Positions 41,880-52,181 of a DNA stretch of 64,000 bases are shown piece by piece. The stretch lies in contig CP128815.1 in the NCBI GenBank assembly GCA_051546255.1, positions 1,550,001 through 1,614,000 of the forward strand. Reading direction: 5' to 3'. How positions within the stretch are numbered: the stretch's first letter is position 1; the number at the start of each line of letters is the position of its first letter. Both the position numbers and the translations under genes were made by a program. The DNA comes from Meyerozyma guilliermondii (lineage: Eukaryota). The notes beneath the pieces are model-generated. The model searched no databases. It saw only the letters and a program-made list of their open reading frames with translations, and had not been told where the DNA came from.

Positions 41880-43112
41880 TTAGCTGGCTGTAGTGACTGG
41901 AATCCCCATTGTTTCCGATTCCGATTCTCCTTCCTTTTTCACGCTCTCTATCCCAGAAATCTCCGAATCGTCTGGTGGTTGGCTGTTGAGCCGTGCATCT
42001 CCACGCCTATGCTTTTCTTGTCGGAGATGGTCAATTAATCCGCTCCATTTGTTTAACAACTCGTTACACTTCTCGTGTAGTTTGAAGCTGTCGGGGTATT
42101 CCAAATCGGGATCTTTCAATATACATTTTAGTACCTTGTGGATCTTGGTGGTACTCAAGAGATCCAAGTTCATGGGGAACTCCGCAAGTCGGTGAAGAAT
42201 TAGTCGGGCTATCAGTAGTTCATCCACGGTAGGAGGAGGGAATGACTTGGTGTCGGTAGGTGTAATTGGTTGGTTGCGTTGGATTAGCGACCTTTGAAGC
42301 TTGATGCGACAAAGCCAAAGTTGGTGCTGCCGTTCTTCCTCGGACAACACCTTGGGCGGACAAGGTTCTGGTTTATTTCGTTGCTTGATAGTGCCATTAC
42401 TACCATTGGCGGACCGGCGCTTGGTAGTGGCCACGAGAGGAGTCGACAGACGAGCACGTTTGCGTCGGTGCGTCAAGTTTTCTTCTTCTTCATCGCCGTC
42501 GTCCTCGGCATCATCTTCAACCTCGACCGGTGCCGAGCGTCCTCGACTGCGTCTTCCATTACCTCTCCGGAGATCTTTTCCGGTTGGTTTGGTCTCGATG
42601 TCAACACTCTCAGTGTCTTTATTATGCATATCTTCTTCTTCGTCGCCATTTCCGTCTTCTTCCACATCCTCCTCGTCCTCTTCATTTTCTTCTTCAAGTT
42701 CAAATTCTTCCTCGTCTTCCTCATCATCATCTTCCTCTTCGCCTGCATTCGCGTTCAATTTCTTTATGAACACATCAAAGTCTACGTCTTGAGCTGCCAT
42801 CAATGCGTCACCAACGACCAAGGTTCGCTTGGTGGATGTACTCTTCTTTTTGCCCTTATTGGGGAGCTTTGCTATACGCTTTCGCAACTCTTCAGGCGTC
42901 AACTCTTCCAAACTCTTTTCACTAACCCAATAGTAGTCACCATCTGGAATGAAAATAACACAATAATCGGTCGATTTCTTCTTGGCACGCATTATATTCT
43001 CGGGAATCAATTCCTCAGGCATCACAAACGAAGGCCACGCGGGAAACCCTTGCATCTTGGCAAGAACTAAAGTCCGCGGTTTAAACAAAGGTCTTGCTCT
43101 CTTTGGTGGCAT
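41880..43112 (-). CDS. PWWP-domain chromatin protein (Pdp3-like) with C-terminal helical domain
   Basis: LVLAKMQGFPAWP...YCVIFIPDGDYYWV PWWP fold; acidic linker; TKIHKVLKCI...LL.KW C-terminal domain. Confidence 0.75.
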   Translation of the reverse strand: MPPKRARPLFKPRTLVLAKMQGFPAWPSFVMPEELIPENIMRAKKKSTDYCVIFIPDGDYYWVSEKSLEELTPEELRKRIAKLPNKGKKKSTSTKRTLVVGDALMAAQDVDFDVFIKKLNANAGEEEDDDEEDEEEFELEEENEEDEEDVEEDGNGDEEEDMHNKDTESVDIETKPTGKDLRRGNGRRSRGRSAPVEVEDDAEDDGDEEEENLTHRRKRARLSTPLVATTKRRSANGSNGTIKQRNKPEPCPPKVLSEEERQHQLWLCRIKLQRSLIQRNQPITPTDTKSFPPPTVDELLIARLILHRLAEFPMNLDLLSTTKIHKVLKCILKDPDLEYPDSFKLHEKCNELLNKWSGLIDHLRQEKHRRGDARLNSQPPDDSEISGIESVKKEGESESETMGIPVTTAS

Positions 43113-44067
43113 TATATCTATAGGTGGAATCTAAAGTTTGGGTTGAAAGAATGAGTTAGGATATCAATTGATGGAATCCTGGTTAATCAATGGTTTGAAT
43201 GAACCGATTGAAACGAAGATTGCACACAAAAACGATGGAGGACGTTTGTGTTTAAGTATGAAAAGATGGGCCAATGTCGAGATTCTCGCGAGAATATCAA
43301 TTACCCGGTCCTCTATGTGGGAATATCCGCTGCGATATAGGCTCGGGAAGATTTGTTACGCCTGTTGGATATATTGCTGTTAGTAAACACGGTAGCTATT
43401 GTCGTAAAGAATCTCACCCAAACAGTGGTGCACGGACGACCGGTGTTTGGGTGTAGCGGGGACGAAGAGTATAGTGGACAGAGAGGGAGTGAAGGAAGAA
43501 TGGTTGAAGTTGCAGAACGATGAGGTAGGTGAGAAGGTATGAGTTTCGAGTCATTGTTTTGGTGTTCTAAAGAGCTCTTTCTAAAAATTTTTGGTTGTTG
43601 TTCCACTAAAATAAACTTTATATATTTTAAACTCAATTAATTAATTGTTCTATTCATCTGCTTTAATCCTCTTTCCATTGCGGCGTCCCCTACCCATTCC
43701 ATTCTCTCTCATTTGCTATTCGCATTTTTGCAGCTCCTTTTCGCAGCCTACTTTCCTGTTCCGGCATGTTCCTCCTGTCACCATTTTCGGCTGCGACTTT
43801 TTCTCTCGACTGATACTAACGGTTGACCCTTCTTTTGTTCTGCTATATCTACGCCCCTGTGTCCAGATAAACCATATCAGCTCTGCTGAGAATCACCCTA
43901 GCAGACACATACTAGCACCCCTTGACCCAAACTCAAAAAAATCTACTTTTTAATTTCGTTTAAGAAAAACACATTTTGCAAGCAGGTGCAACCATTTCGA
44001 TAAGCTTTTTGAATTCGATAATTGGGTGCCCTATTTAACCCAAATCCACACCCACATTCTTGCAATC

Positions 44068-45933
44068 ATGTCGCTATCTCAAACTGTACGAAAAAGGACT
44101 TTCGAGCCGGAGCAGCAGGGCCAAAAACGACAAAAAATTGCCAATATTGATGCCGCCGTTCTTCATTGCATTCCACCCAATATTGTCCCGTTGGTTCAGC
44201 CGCCGTTCCACGAGTCCAACTTTTTCACCGACTTGGAGCCCCGTGATAACCCCAAGTTTGTTCAACAAGTCACAAACATAGTTGCGAAATATCCACCACC
44301 TCCTCCACCTCCTCTTCCTGACCAAACCCTGCTGACCTCTGGAGGTATTATGGTTCCATTCATATTTCCGCCACCGCCAGTTTTGAAGAATGAGTCGGTC
44401 ACTGATTCGTCACCAAAACGGCGTTTGCGAGGCTCGGATCACGATAATAAAACTTATGTCGAGCTTCCTCCATTGCCGTTTCCTCCACCAAATTACATGC
44501 CATATCCGATGCTTTCGGACAGAAGCACACTCGCTCCACTGGAGGTAGTCCAGTCGTTTTTGGATGCGCTGCAGAATCTTCCAAGAACAAATATGGTGGT
44601 TGCTAGTGCCGCTGGTTCGTTGCTTGATATGAAACATCAGGCTGAACAGGAAGGTCTCACCATCGAAGACTTTGAGAATGGAGCGACCTACGATGCAGAA
44701 AATGTGGACACAGAGGAAGCAGAAGAGTACATGGCATTCGCGGCTGGTGTAGATACTTCGGAGACTGTTGATTACTACGATCAGAAAAAATCACCACCTT
44801 CAACGGTGGAGGTCAACAGTGACATGTATTCAAGACTAGCCAATGTTGCTCCTCGTTTGAGCTCTATTGGACGAACAAAATCGAACCTGCTGACTGAGCC
44901 CACGACCACCAACATAGACATCTTCCAACCCAGTCACAACCATGAACCTCACCCAACACCTTCAATTTCACACCCTTCCAAAGATATCGTGACAGCAAAT
45001 GGTGTTAATAAGGAAAGAAGACGTGAGGATCTTCTTCGATCAGCCAACCAACTCCGGTCCTTCGAAACCCGCCATCGCCGTCAAGTATATGAGCACAAAC
45101 GACTGCAATTGTTGCTGAGACTCGAAAGTTTGAGGTCGTCGAAAATCCTGCTCACCGATGAAAGCCTTATAGTCAACGACGACCTCAGAGCCATCCAGCG
45201 AGAGTTGGAGTTCCAGAGAGACTTTGAGATCTTCAGGCTCAAAGTGGGCCAAAATTATCACTTGTCTAATAACGTTCAGTTCTATTATGAAAATTGTGAC
45301 CGAGCATACAAGCGGTATAACTCTAATGTGGTGAACAAGTTGAAAAAGTTGGAGAATTTCTTCCAGTACCAGTACGATTTGTTCAACCAATTGTTGAACA
45401 ATGCATCTAACGATGTCTTTGATATCAAAACAAGAGACTCTGGAAAGCTCTATCATGGTATTTCTCAACGCAACTTTAGTGCCGAGATCAAACAAAGAGA
45501 AACACCCGCGGTGAAACCAGCACCGTTGGTTCACGATTTCATGCCAATGACCTCGCTGGCAGAGTTTGATATCATTACAGGTGACGGAGCCAGCAAGATC
45601 AAACAGAGCAATTTGTCTTCGAAGGAAGCAAAAAATGCCAATCTACACCATACAATTTTTCAAAATGCCCTTTACGATCCTGCCACTTCCAACTCGGATA
45701 CCAACTATTCCGAGCTGAGCACCAGTCTTCCGTCGACACCCAAAAGACGAGGTCGCCGAGCTACCAATCTTGGCGCCGACAAACTTGAACTTTTTGATAA
45801 GCAATCGAAGCACTCGGAGGCAGCATTGATCGCTCGCATAATGAAAAACTTTGTAGGACCACAGGGCAGTAAGCCCGATGAACTCACTACAGATCTTGAC
45901 CAAATGGGTATCACCACTAGGTGGCCGATCTGA
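44068..45933 (+). CDS. Sds3/Dep1-like Rpd3L-associated protein (tentative)
   Basis: Pro-rich N-terminus; coiled region ERRR...FE..RRQVYE.K...L; C-terminal G.K.DEL..DL..MGI as in Sds3-like proteins. Confidence 0.55.
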   Translation: MSLSQTVRKRTFEPEQQGQKRQKIANIDAAVLHCIPPNIVPLVQPPFHESNFFTDLEPRDNPKFVQQVTNIVAKYPPPPPPPLPDQTLLTSGGIMVPFIFPPPPVLKNESVTDSSPKRRLRGSDHDNKTYVELPPLPFPPPNYMPYPMLSDRSTLAPLEVVQSFLDALQNLPRTNMVVASAAGSLLDMKHQAEQEGLTIEDFENGATYDAENVDTEEAEEYMAFAAGVDTSETVDYYDQKKSPPSTVEVNSDMYSRLANVAPRLSSIGRTKSNLLTEPTTTNIDIFQPSHNHEPHPTPSISHPSKDIVTANGVNKERRREDLLRSANQLRSFETRHRRQVYEHKRLQLLLRLESLRSSKILLTDESLIVNDDLRAIQRELEFQRDFEIFRLKVGQNYHLSNNVQFYYENCDRAYKRYNSNVVNKLKKLENFFQYQYDLFNQLLNNASNDVFDIKTRDSGKLYHGISQRNFSAEIKQRETPAVKPAPLVHDFMPMTSLAEFDIITGDGASKIKQSNLSSKEAKNANLHHTIFQNALYDPATSNSDTNYSELSTSLPSTPKRRGRRATNLGADKLELFDKQSKHSEAALIARIMKNFVGPQGSKPDELTTDLDQMGITTRWPI

Positions 45934-45989
45934 CGAAGTTATTGGGAGTATAGTATTAAAACACATATAGGAAAACAATATAGTACAGA

Positions 45990-46937
45990 TCAATATTCTT
46001 CGAATTGAGAGTAGATGGCAGTTACAACATTGGCAGCACCAATGACCAATGGGAAGTTACCCAAGAGCGAGGTGAATTGTCCGTAGATACCAAGTTGGAT
46101 AGCAATGAAGTTCTTCAACGCGTTCCAGATACCCTTGTATGAAGTCAAGGTGGTCAAGTGTCCAAAGTTCTTGGTGATAAAATAAAAGATCAACAACTTG
46201 GACAACGCATACACGAATGGGTCAAACTTGTAGATACGAGCAACAATTCCAGCATCTTCATCATACACAATCACTCGGCGAGAAAAGTTGACATAGTAGG
46301 AAATTACCAATGGCACCAAGATGGCGGTGATAGCCCAGTTAAAAGCAACAGACAACACCTTTGGGTCCCACAAAGCAGTAATATCAGGAAGAGGGAACGT
46401 ACTCGTGGACAAATACTCAATGTTATCCTTGAAAACTTGGTGCACGGTAGGATTGTGCTTGATAGGTTTGATGGGTACAAACGTGTACAAGAAGAATGAA
46501 AACTCCAAAAACACCTCCAAAAAGTTGAGGGTGATCAGCTTGGAAAGGTTTTCTCTCAACTCATCGTTAATGTCCAACGTGGTGATTCCTACCTTATCGG
46601 TAAGTTCAAGAACCTGCGAATAGGCGCGTTCGTACAAGTCGATTGCGGGGTCAACAACCCATTCTTTAAGGTTGATTGGGGGTCCTGGTTGGTAGTCTGC
46701 ACCAGCCTCGCCTTCGAGATCCTCGCCAGCATCCTCAGTAGCGGTTTCCTCATCGGAATCCAATTCCAAAACACTTTGAACCGTCAAAACTCCGTCTTCG
46801 GGATGGTCATCAATATAGGCAGTAAACTTGTCTACCAATACCTTCTTCGTATCCTTAGCAAGGGCATGGATGCCTATCTTCTTGGCGGCCTCCAAAAGCT
46901 CGTCTTTTCTGAAACCACTAAAATTGAGTTCCGACAT
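45990..46937 (-). CDS. GTT3: Gtt3-like membrane protein (N-terminal helical SAP/HeH-like motif, C-terminal TM segments)
   Basis: FSGFRKDELLEAAKKIGI resembles the Gtt3 N-terminus; VP..ISYYVNF, FDP..YALSKL; lies near the PMP gene, like GTT3/PMP2 in S. cerevisiae. Confidence 0.6.
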   Translation of the reverse strand: MSELNFSGFRKDELLEAAKKIGIHALAKDTKKVLVDKFTAYIDDHPEDGVLTVQSVLELDSDEETATEDAGEDLEGEAGADYQPGPPINLKEWVVDPAIDLYERAYSQVLELTDKVGITTLDINDELRENLSKLITLNFLEVFLEFSFFLYTFVPIKPIKHNPTVHQVFKDNIEYLSTSTFPLPDITALWDPKVLSVAFNWAITAILVPLVISYYVNFSRRVIVYDEDAGIVARIYKFDPFVYALSKLLIFYFITKNFGHLTTLTSYKGIWNALKNFIAIQLGIYGQFTSLLGNFPLVIGAANVVTAIYSQFEEY

Positions 46938-47158
46938 TAGTGTTGATAGTTGGCGTTTCTTCTCCTGCACTTATATTGGTGTTTTTGTTTATCCTGTCTG
47001 CATGGCCGATTGTCATGCAGGGCCAACGTTGACACCCGTGCCCAATCGGGAAAATATGGCGCCTGCATAATTGCTTGCCCCATCAGGTTTTATGTGCATT
47101 CTCAGAAATCATCTGTTTCAACTCTTGGTTATTTCGCCACCAGCAATCAACATTGACC

Positions 47159-50100
47159 ATGCGACTACTTCGCCGGCTTCCTACGAGACATTACACTTCC
47201 AAAGTGGTGTCTGGGGCTGAAAAACCTCGAATAAATGAATTGGGTATCCAATACCTATCGGAGTCTCTCCATAAGAAAGTGTTTCCCAAAACTTCTGTCA
47301 ATGATTACAAGAAAAAACGAGATCCTGCTCGTCTCCTACTCGCTCAGAAACATCTCAAGCATAATGGGCTTCTTGACCGTAAAACAAATATCGAAGAACC
47401 TATCCAATTTCCACATTTTCCTTCCCTTGTAGGAAACAACATCGAAGAGCATTTTCACAAATTGGGCACTCTGTGCTCAGAGCCGTACCTTTCTATGGCA
47501 GAACGGTTTCTTGCTACTAAAACACTTCCCAAAAAACCAACAAAATGGGTGTTTGAATCGGGCTGGACTCGATACACCCCAGGTGCAGACCCTGAAGCCG
47601 TGCCTTTTCCCTCGGAATCTGAGCTAGTCTTTGATGTCGAAGTTATGTATCACAGGTCCCCTTTTGCTGTGATCTGCACTGCTGTGTCCTCCAAGGCTTG
47701 GTATGGATGGGTTTCTCCATTACTAACCAATTTCGCTATAGATCCATCCTATGATGATTGGGAACATCTTATTCCGTTTGATTGTCTCAGGAACCCAAAA
47801 CTTCTCGTAGGCTACAATGTGAGCTACGATCGAGCCCGGGTCCGTGAGGAGTATAATATAAAGCAGTCGCAAGCTTTTTACTTGGACGGAATGGCCCTTC
47901 ATGTGGCCACAAGCGGCATCTCATCACAGCAGAGACCCATGTGGCACAAGCATAATAAGGCCAAAAAGACGACTGAAGAAGAGCTGGAACTCTTTGTCCA
48001 GTCTGAACTTGACCAGGAACTTAGTGATGACCCGTGGCTAAACAAGGGCTCACCAAATTCACTTGCAAGTGTTGCCAAGTTCCATTGCGGTATTGACGTC
48101 GACAAGTCTGATCGTGAGTTCTTCGAAACGACGGAACCCCAAGATATAATAGACAACTTCGATATGCTTATGGACTACTGTGCCAAAGATGTTGATGCTA
48201 CATTCAAAATCACAGCAGAATTGTTTCCTCGTTTCCGCAAAAAGATACCACATCCAGTATCATTTGCAGCCTTACGACACCTCGGAACATTGGTACTTCC
48301 CACCACAAAAAAATGGGACAGCTACGTGCTGACGGCAGAAGACTGTTACTTGCATAATCGACAACAGGTTTCCGAAATTCTTAGGGAACGTGCCAATAGC
48401 TTGGTATCCTTTGTTGAAGCAAAAGAGCCACTTCCAGATGTCTCAGATGATCCGTGGCTACGTCAACTCGACTGGACGTTGAAGGAACAGCGATTCAAGA
48501 AAAATGGTGAACCGGTTGCAAAGCAAGCATTTTTGACCGGATATCCCGAATGGTATCGAGATCTTTTCCGCAACAAAGAGAAGGAAATGAATATCTCTGT
48601 GAGGACAAGAATCACTCCACTTCTTTTGAAACTCAAATGGGAAGGATACCCCTTGCTCTGGACCGACTCAGCTGGTTGGTGCTTCAAGGTTCCCGACGAA
48701 ACAAAAGAAGTCAAACGTATGGCAGCCAAGAACTACACTTTAGCAAAACTCAGCGAAGAAGATCATGAGAGTCTTCTTGATGAACTTCGAGACAATGGAC
48801 ATTACCAATTGTTCAAAATACCTCATCCTGAAGGACCCTCTAAGCGGTGTACCTCAGTGTTATCAAAGAGCTATTTGCGGTACTTTGAAAATGGAGTACT
48901 TTCGTCTGAATACGAGTACGCACAAGACATTCTTCGTCTCAATTCCGAAGCCAGTTACTGGATGGGTAATAGAAACCGTATCTTGGATCAATTCGTGGTT
49001 TATTCAGATACAAGTGGCTCCAAGAACATGTTCTTCGATACCAAAGTCAAGAGTCGAGAACACCCAGAAATGGGAATAATACTTCCAAAGTTATGTTCTA
49101 TGGGCACTATTACCCGCCGGGCAACTGAGAATACCTGGTTGACGGCTTCAAATAGTAAGAGCAATCGAATTGGTTCGGAATTGAAAGCTATGATTGAGGC
49201 TCCTCAAGGTTATGCTTTTGTGGGAGCCGATGTTGACTCAGAAGAATTGTGGATTGCCTCGTTAGTGGGTGACTCAATGTTCAAGATACATGGTGGAACG
49301 GCCCTTGGATGGATGACATTAGAAGGTGACAAAAATGAAGGAACAGATTTACATTCGAAAACGGCAGAAATTTTAGGTATTCTGAGAAATGATGCCAAAG
49401 TGTTCAATTATGGCCGGATATACGGTGCTGGGGTCAAATTCGCTACAACTTTGTTGAAACAATTCAACTCTGAATTGACAGATGCTGCCGCTTTGAAAGT
49501 GGCTCAGGACTTGTACGCTCGTACTAAAGGACAAACAGGAAAGTCAAAGTTTCTCGATCGACCTATGTACCACGGTGGAACTGAGTCTGTGATGTTTAAT
49601 GCCTTAGAAGCAATAGCGTACCAAGATGATCCTCGGACTCCTGTTCTAGGAGCAGCTATTACCGATGCCCTTTCAAAGAAGAATTTGAACAAGAATAATT
49701 ATATGACATCGAGAATCAATTGGGCAATCCAAAGTTCTGGTGTTGACTATTTACACCTTCTTTTGATTTCTATGGAGTATTTGATTGCTCGGTACCAAGT
49801 TGATGCCCGTTTGATTCTCACGGTGCACGATGAAATCCGATACATGGTCAAGGAAGACCAGAAATACAAACTTGCATTATTACTCCAGGTATCCAATCTT
49901 TGGACGAGAGCCATGTTTTGCGAGCAAATGGGTTTGAAAGAGGTTCCTCAATCTTGTGCGTTCTTCTCAGAGGTTGACATCGACCATGTTCTCCGAAAGG
50001 AAGTGACAATGGATTGTGTTACACCATCACATCCGGATTCCATACCGCCTGGAGAAAAGTACACTATCAGACAGCTATTAGAAAAGTGTGACTTTGGAAA

Positions 50101-50788
50101 GGTTTTGGATGAGGGACGCAAAAAGAGAGGATATAAACCTCTTGATTATCAGTACCAACCACAAGTACCAGTACTCCAAGCACTACAAGGCGGTATTGAG
50201 AGTTTATCTTTGGCGAAACTCAGAATACAAAATTCTATCGACAAAGCTGAATGGCGGAAAGAGGTAAACCAGTTCATCAAGTTACAAAAGAATGAGCAAT
50301 TGGACGAGATTGAACGGTCTTTTGAAAAGACTTCAATTCTGTCCAAACCACGAAAGAGTATCAAAAATGATTTTGATGTGTCCAGTGACGGAGACGAAGC
50401 GCTTCGACACGAATTAGCGGCTCTGGCGCTTGAAAGCTACGATGATCAAAACCACGATTTTGGCGATTTTTCAATACCTGGGCAACAGGTGAAATATGTG
50501 AGACAAAGTGCGTTCAAGTACAACAATTATAAGCCGCAAAAATACGATATCCGAACCAAAACGTGGAGTGCCAAGGTGTCCAGGGCTCAGAAGAATATCA
50601 AAGAGCCAAAATCGACACCCAATGAAAACCGGCAGGTTCTAGGGTTCCACCCCTTTGCAAAGCAGCGCTACGAAGCAAAACGATCATTTTCAACGGCGAC
50701 AAAAACGGCTCGTTCTGTCACCGACCGACGAAGAGGCAACGCCTGGTTCTACTGGAAAGAGGCATGGCGACGACCCAACCAGCAATAA
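47159..50788 (+). CDS. MIP1: Mitochondrial DNA polymerase gamma
   Basis: Exo motifs VFDVE, GYNVSYDRAR, YCAKDV; pol motifs VGADVDSEELW, R.DAKVFNYGRIYGAG, TVHDE; fungal C-terminal extension. Confidence 0.97.
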   Translation: MRLLRRLPTRHYTSKVVSGAEKPRINELGIQYLSESLHKKVFPKTSVNDYKKKRDPARLLLAQKHLKHNGLLDRKTNIEEPIQFPHFPSLVGNNIEEHFHKLGTLCSEPYLSMAERFLATKTLPKKPTKWVFESGWTRYTPGADPEAVPFPSESELVFDVEVMYHRSPFAVICTAVSSKAWYGWVSPLLTNFAIDPSYDDWEHLIPFDCLRNPKLLVGYNVSYDRARVREEYNIKQSQAFYLDGMALHVATSGISSQQRPMWHKHNKAKKTTEEELELFVQSELDQELSDDPWLNKGSPNSLASVAKFHCGIDVDKSDREFFETTEPQDIIDNFDMLMDYCAKDVDATFKITAELFPRFRKKIPHPVSFAALRHLGTLVLPTTKKWDSYVLTAEDCYLHNRQQVSEILRERANSLVSFVEAKEPLPDVSDDPWLRQLDWTLKEQRFKKNGEPVAKQAFLTGYPEWYRDLFRNKEKEMNISVRTRITPLLLKLKWEGYPLLWTDSAGWCFKVPDETKEVKRMAAKNYTLAKLSEEDHESLLDELRDNGHYQLFKIPHPEGPSKRCTSVLSKSYLRYFENGVLSSEYEYAQDILRLNSEASYWMGNRNRILDQFVVYSDTSGSKNMFFDTKVKSREHPEMGIILPKLCSMGTITRRATENTWLTASNSKSNRIGSELKAMIEAPQGYAFVGADVDSEELWIASLVGDSMFKIHGGTALGWMTLEGDKNEGTDLHSKTAEILGILRNDAKVFNYGRIYGAGVKFATTLLKQFNSELTDAAALKVAQDLYARTKGQTGKSKFLDRPMYHGGTESVMFNALEAIAYQDDPRTPVLGAAITDALSKKNLNKNNYMTSRINWAIQSSGVDYLHLLLISMEYLIARYQVDARLILTVHDEIRYMVKEDQKYKLALLLQVSNLWTRAMFCEQMGLKEVPQSCAFFSEVDIDHVLRKEVTMDCVTPSHPDSIPPGEKYTIRQLLEKCDFGKVLDEGRKKRGYKPLDYQYQPQVPVLQALQGGIESLSLAKLRIQNSIDKAEWRKEVNQFIKLQKNEQLDEIERSFEKTSILSKPRKSIKNDFDVSSDGDEALRHELAALALESYDDQNHDFGDFSIPGQQVKYVRQSAFKYNNYKPQKYDIRTKTWSAKVSRAQKNIKEPKSTPNENRQVLGFHPFAKQRYEAKRSFSTATKTARSVTDRRRGNAWFYWKEAWRRPNQQ

Positions 50789-51518
50789 AGCTCTAAACGT
50801 CGCAATGATCGTAAAGGTTTGTATTTTTCGCTCGGTAAGAATTGGGTAGAAACTTTCTAGCCATTAATAACCCCACCGGCGAGCGAATCGCGTTGCTACA
50901 ACCACCGTGAATTGATACACTGGTGCTCGACGCTATACATAGATTACGACGAAAAGATTACCACAAAAATACATTGTAGGCTTCACCAGTGGCTTTCGAA
51001 GTCACAATCGCAGGTCATGGGCCCCGCTTACGTCATTCACCTTAGTTTGACACTGGCGTGCGTTAGTGTACGGATACTCTGGTGCCGGGTGCAGGTTTCC
51101 CGATGGTGCGCAACCTTTTTGAGCATTGCACTTGCCCAATCGGTCCGAGAAGATAATAGCCGGGTGCGCCGCACTCCAGCCGTAGAAACCGGCATCCGCT
51201 AGATCCTAACTTTGGACCTAAACTTGTTGTTAAGCTGTTATTTATAATTTAGGAGGGTGATACAGCACTGTAAACGTGATCTGTAGTATCTAAGCTATTC
51301 CATTGTCAAATCTTCAACCTCTTTACCCTGACGTAAATTGCTGAACGTCTCGGTAAATCCAGGAACGAGCCGACCTCTCCGAACTTTCCTACCGAGCGTT
51401 TTTTTTTTTCTTTTCTTATTCGTCGGTTTGAGGCATTAACGAAAACATATAATACCCCGTTCGCAGGCTGGTAGTTTTCGAAAAAATTTACCTTCCAATT
51501 TTTTTTTAAATCACAGAC

Positions 51519-51635
51519 ATGCTTCCAGCTGGTGTTATCTTGGTGTTCGTCTTGGTCTTCTTAGCCTTCTGTGCTGTCACCGCCGTGATGGTTCAAAAGA
51601 AGCTTAAGGCTAAAAAGGCCAACCAAAGATTCTAA
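51519..51635 (+). CDS. PMP1: Plasma-membrane H+-ATPase proteolipid Pmp1/Pmp2 (38 aa)
   Basis: Hand translation MLPAGVILVFVLVFLAFCAVTAVMVQKKLKAKKANQRF*, matching the LP.GVILVF...QRF signature; biased codons; TATA-like element near 51447. Below the ORF-track cutoff. Confidence 0.92.
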   Translation: MLPAGVILVFVLVFLAFCAVTAVMVQKKLKAKKANQRF

Positions 51636-52181
51636 GAATCTTAACAGGCATTTTAACGACAAAATCGACAGCGAGGATAATGGTGAAACGGTATGTTTGG
51701 CGTGGACCAGAACTGGGGAGGAAGCTGAAGCTGAAAGCAATGGATAACAAATGGACTATGCTTAAGTGAATAACCAATCTCTAGTTTTTTTGTTATCTTT
51801 GTTTTTGGCAACAGTATCCGACTCAATTTTTGGCCATGTTGGCTGCTTGGTTTTGTATCTCTTGCTTGGTTTTGTCGTTGTCGCTATAATACGAAACATC
51901 ATTGACCATCTACCCTTGAACATTTCACTGTTGCTATCTATCATATCGTGTTGTTTTCTATTTGTTGTAATTGTAATTGACGGGATTTTTTTTATTTGGG
52001 AATATGGACACCGGGAAACATTATATACCTGTTTTAATTGATAAATCATTAAGAAGTGTAAAAATTTCTCTCACTGTCAACAGTGGCTGATAATACTGTA
52101 TTGGAACTACCGTATGCGCTGAAAATTTACCTTCTTCTGAAATTCTACCTTTTTACTTATCATCTTTTTACTGACCATCCT

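Noticed and set aside
42294..43070. 258-aa and 163-aa antisense ORFs over the PWWP gene
   Set aside because: Phe/Ser-rich mirror of the acidic GAA/GAG tract.
51766..52041. Hydrophobic 91-aa ORF downstream of PMP
   Set aside because: GTG start with no ATG; hydrophobicity is explained by T-rich 3' UTR sequence.
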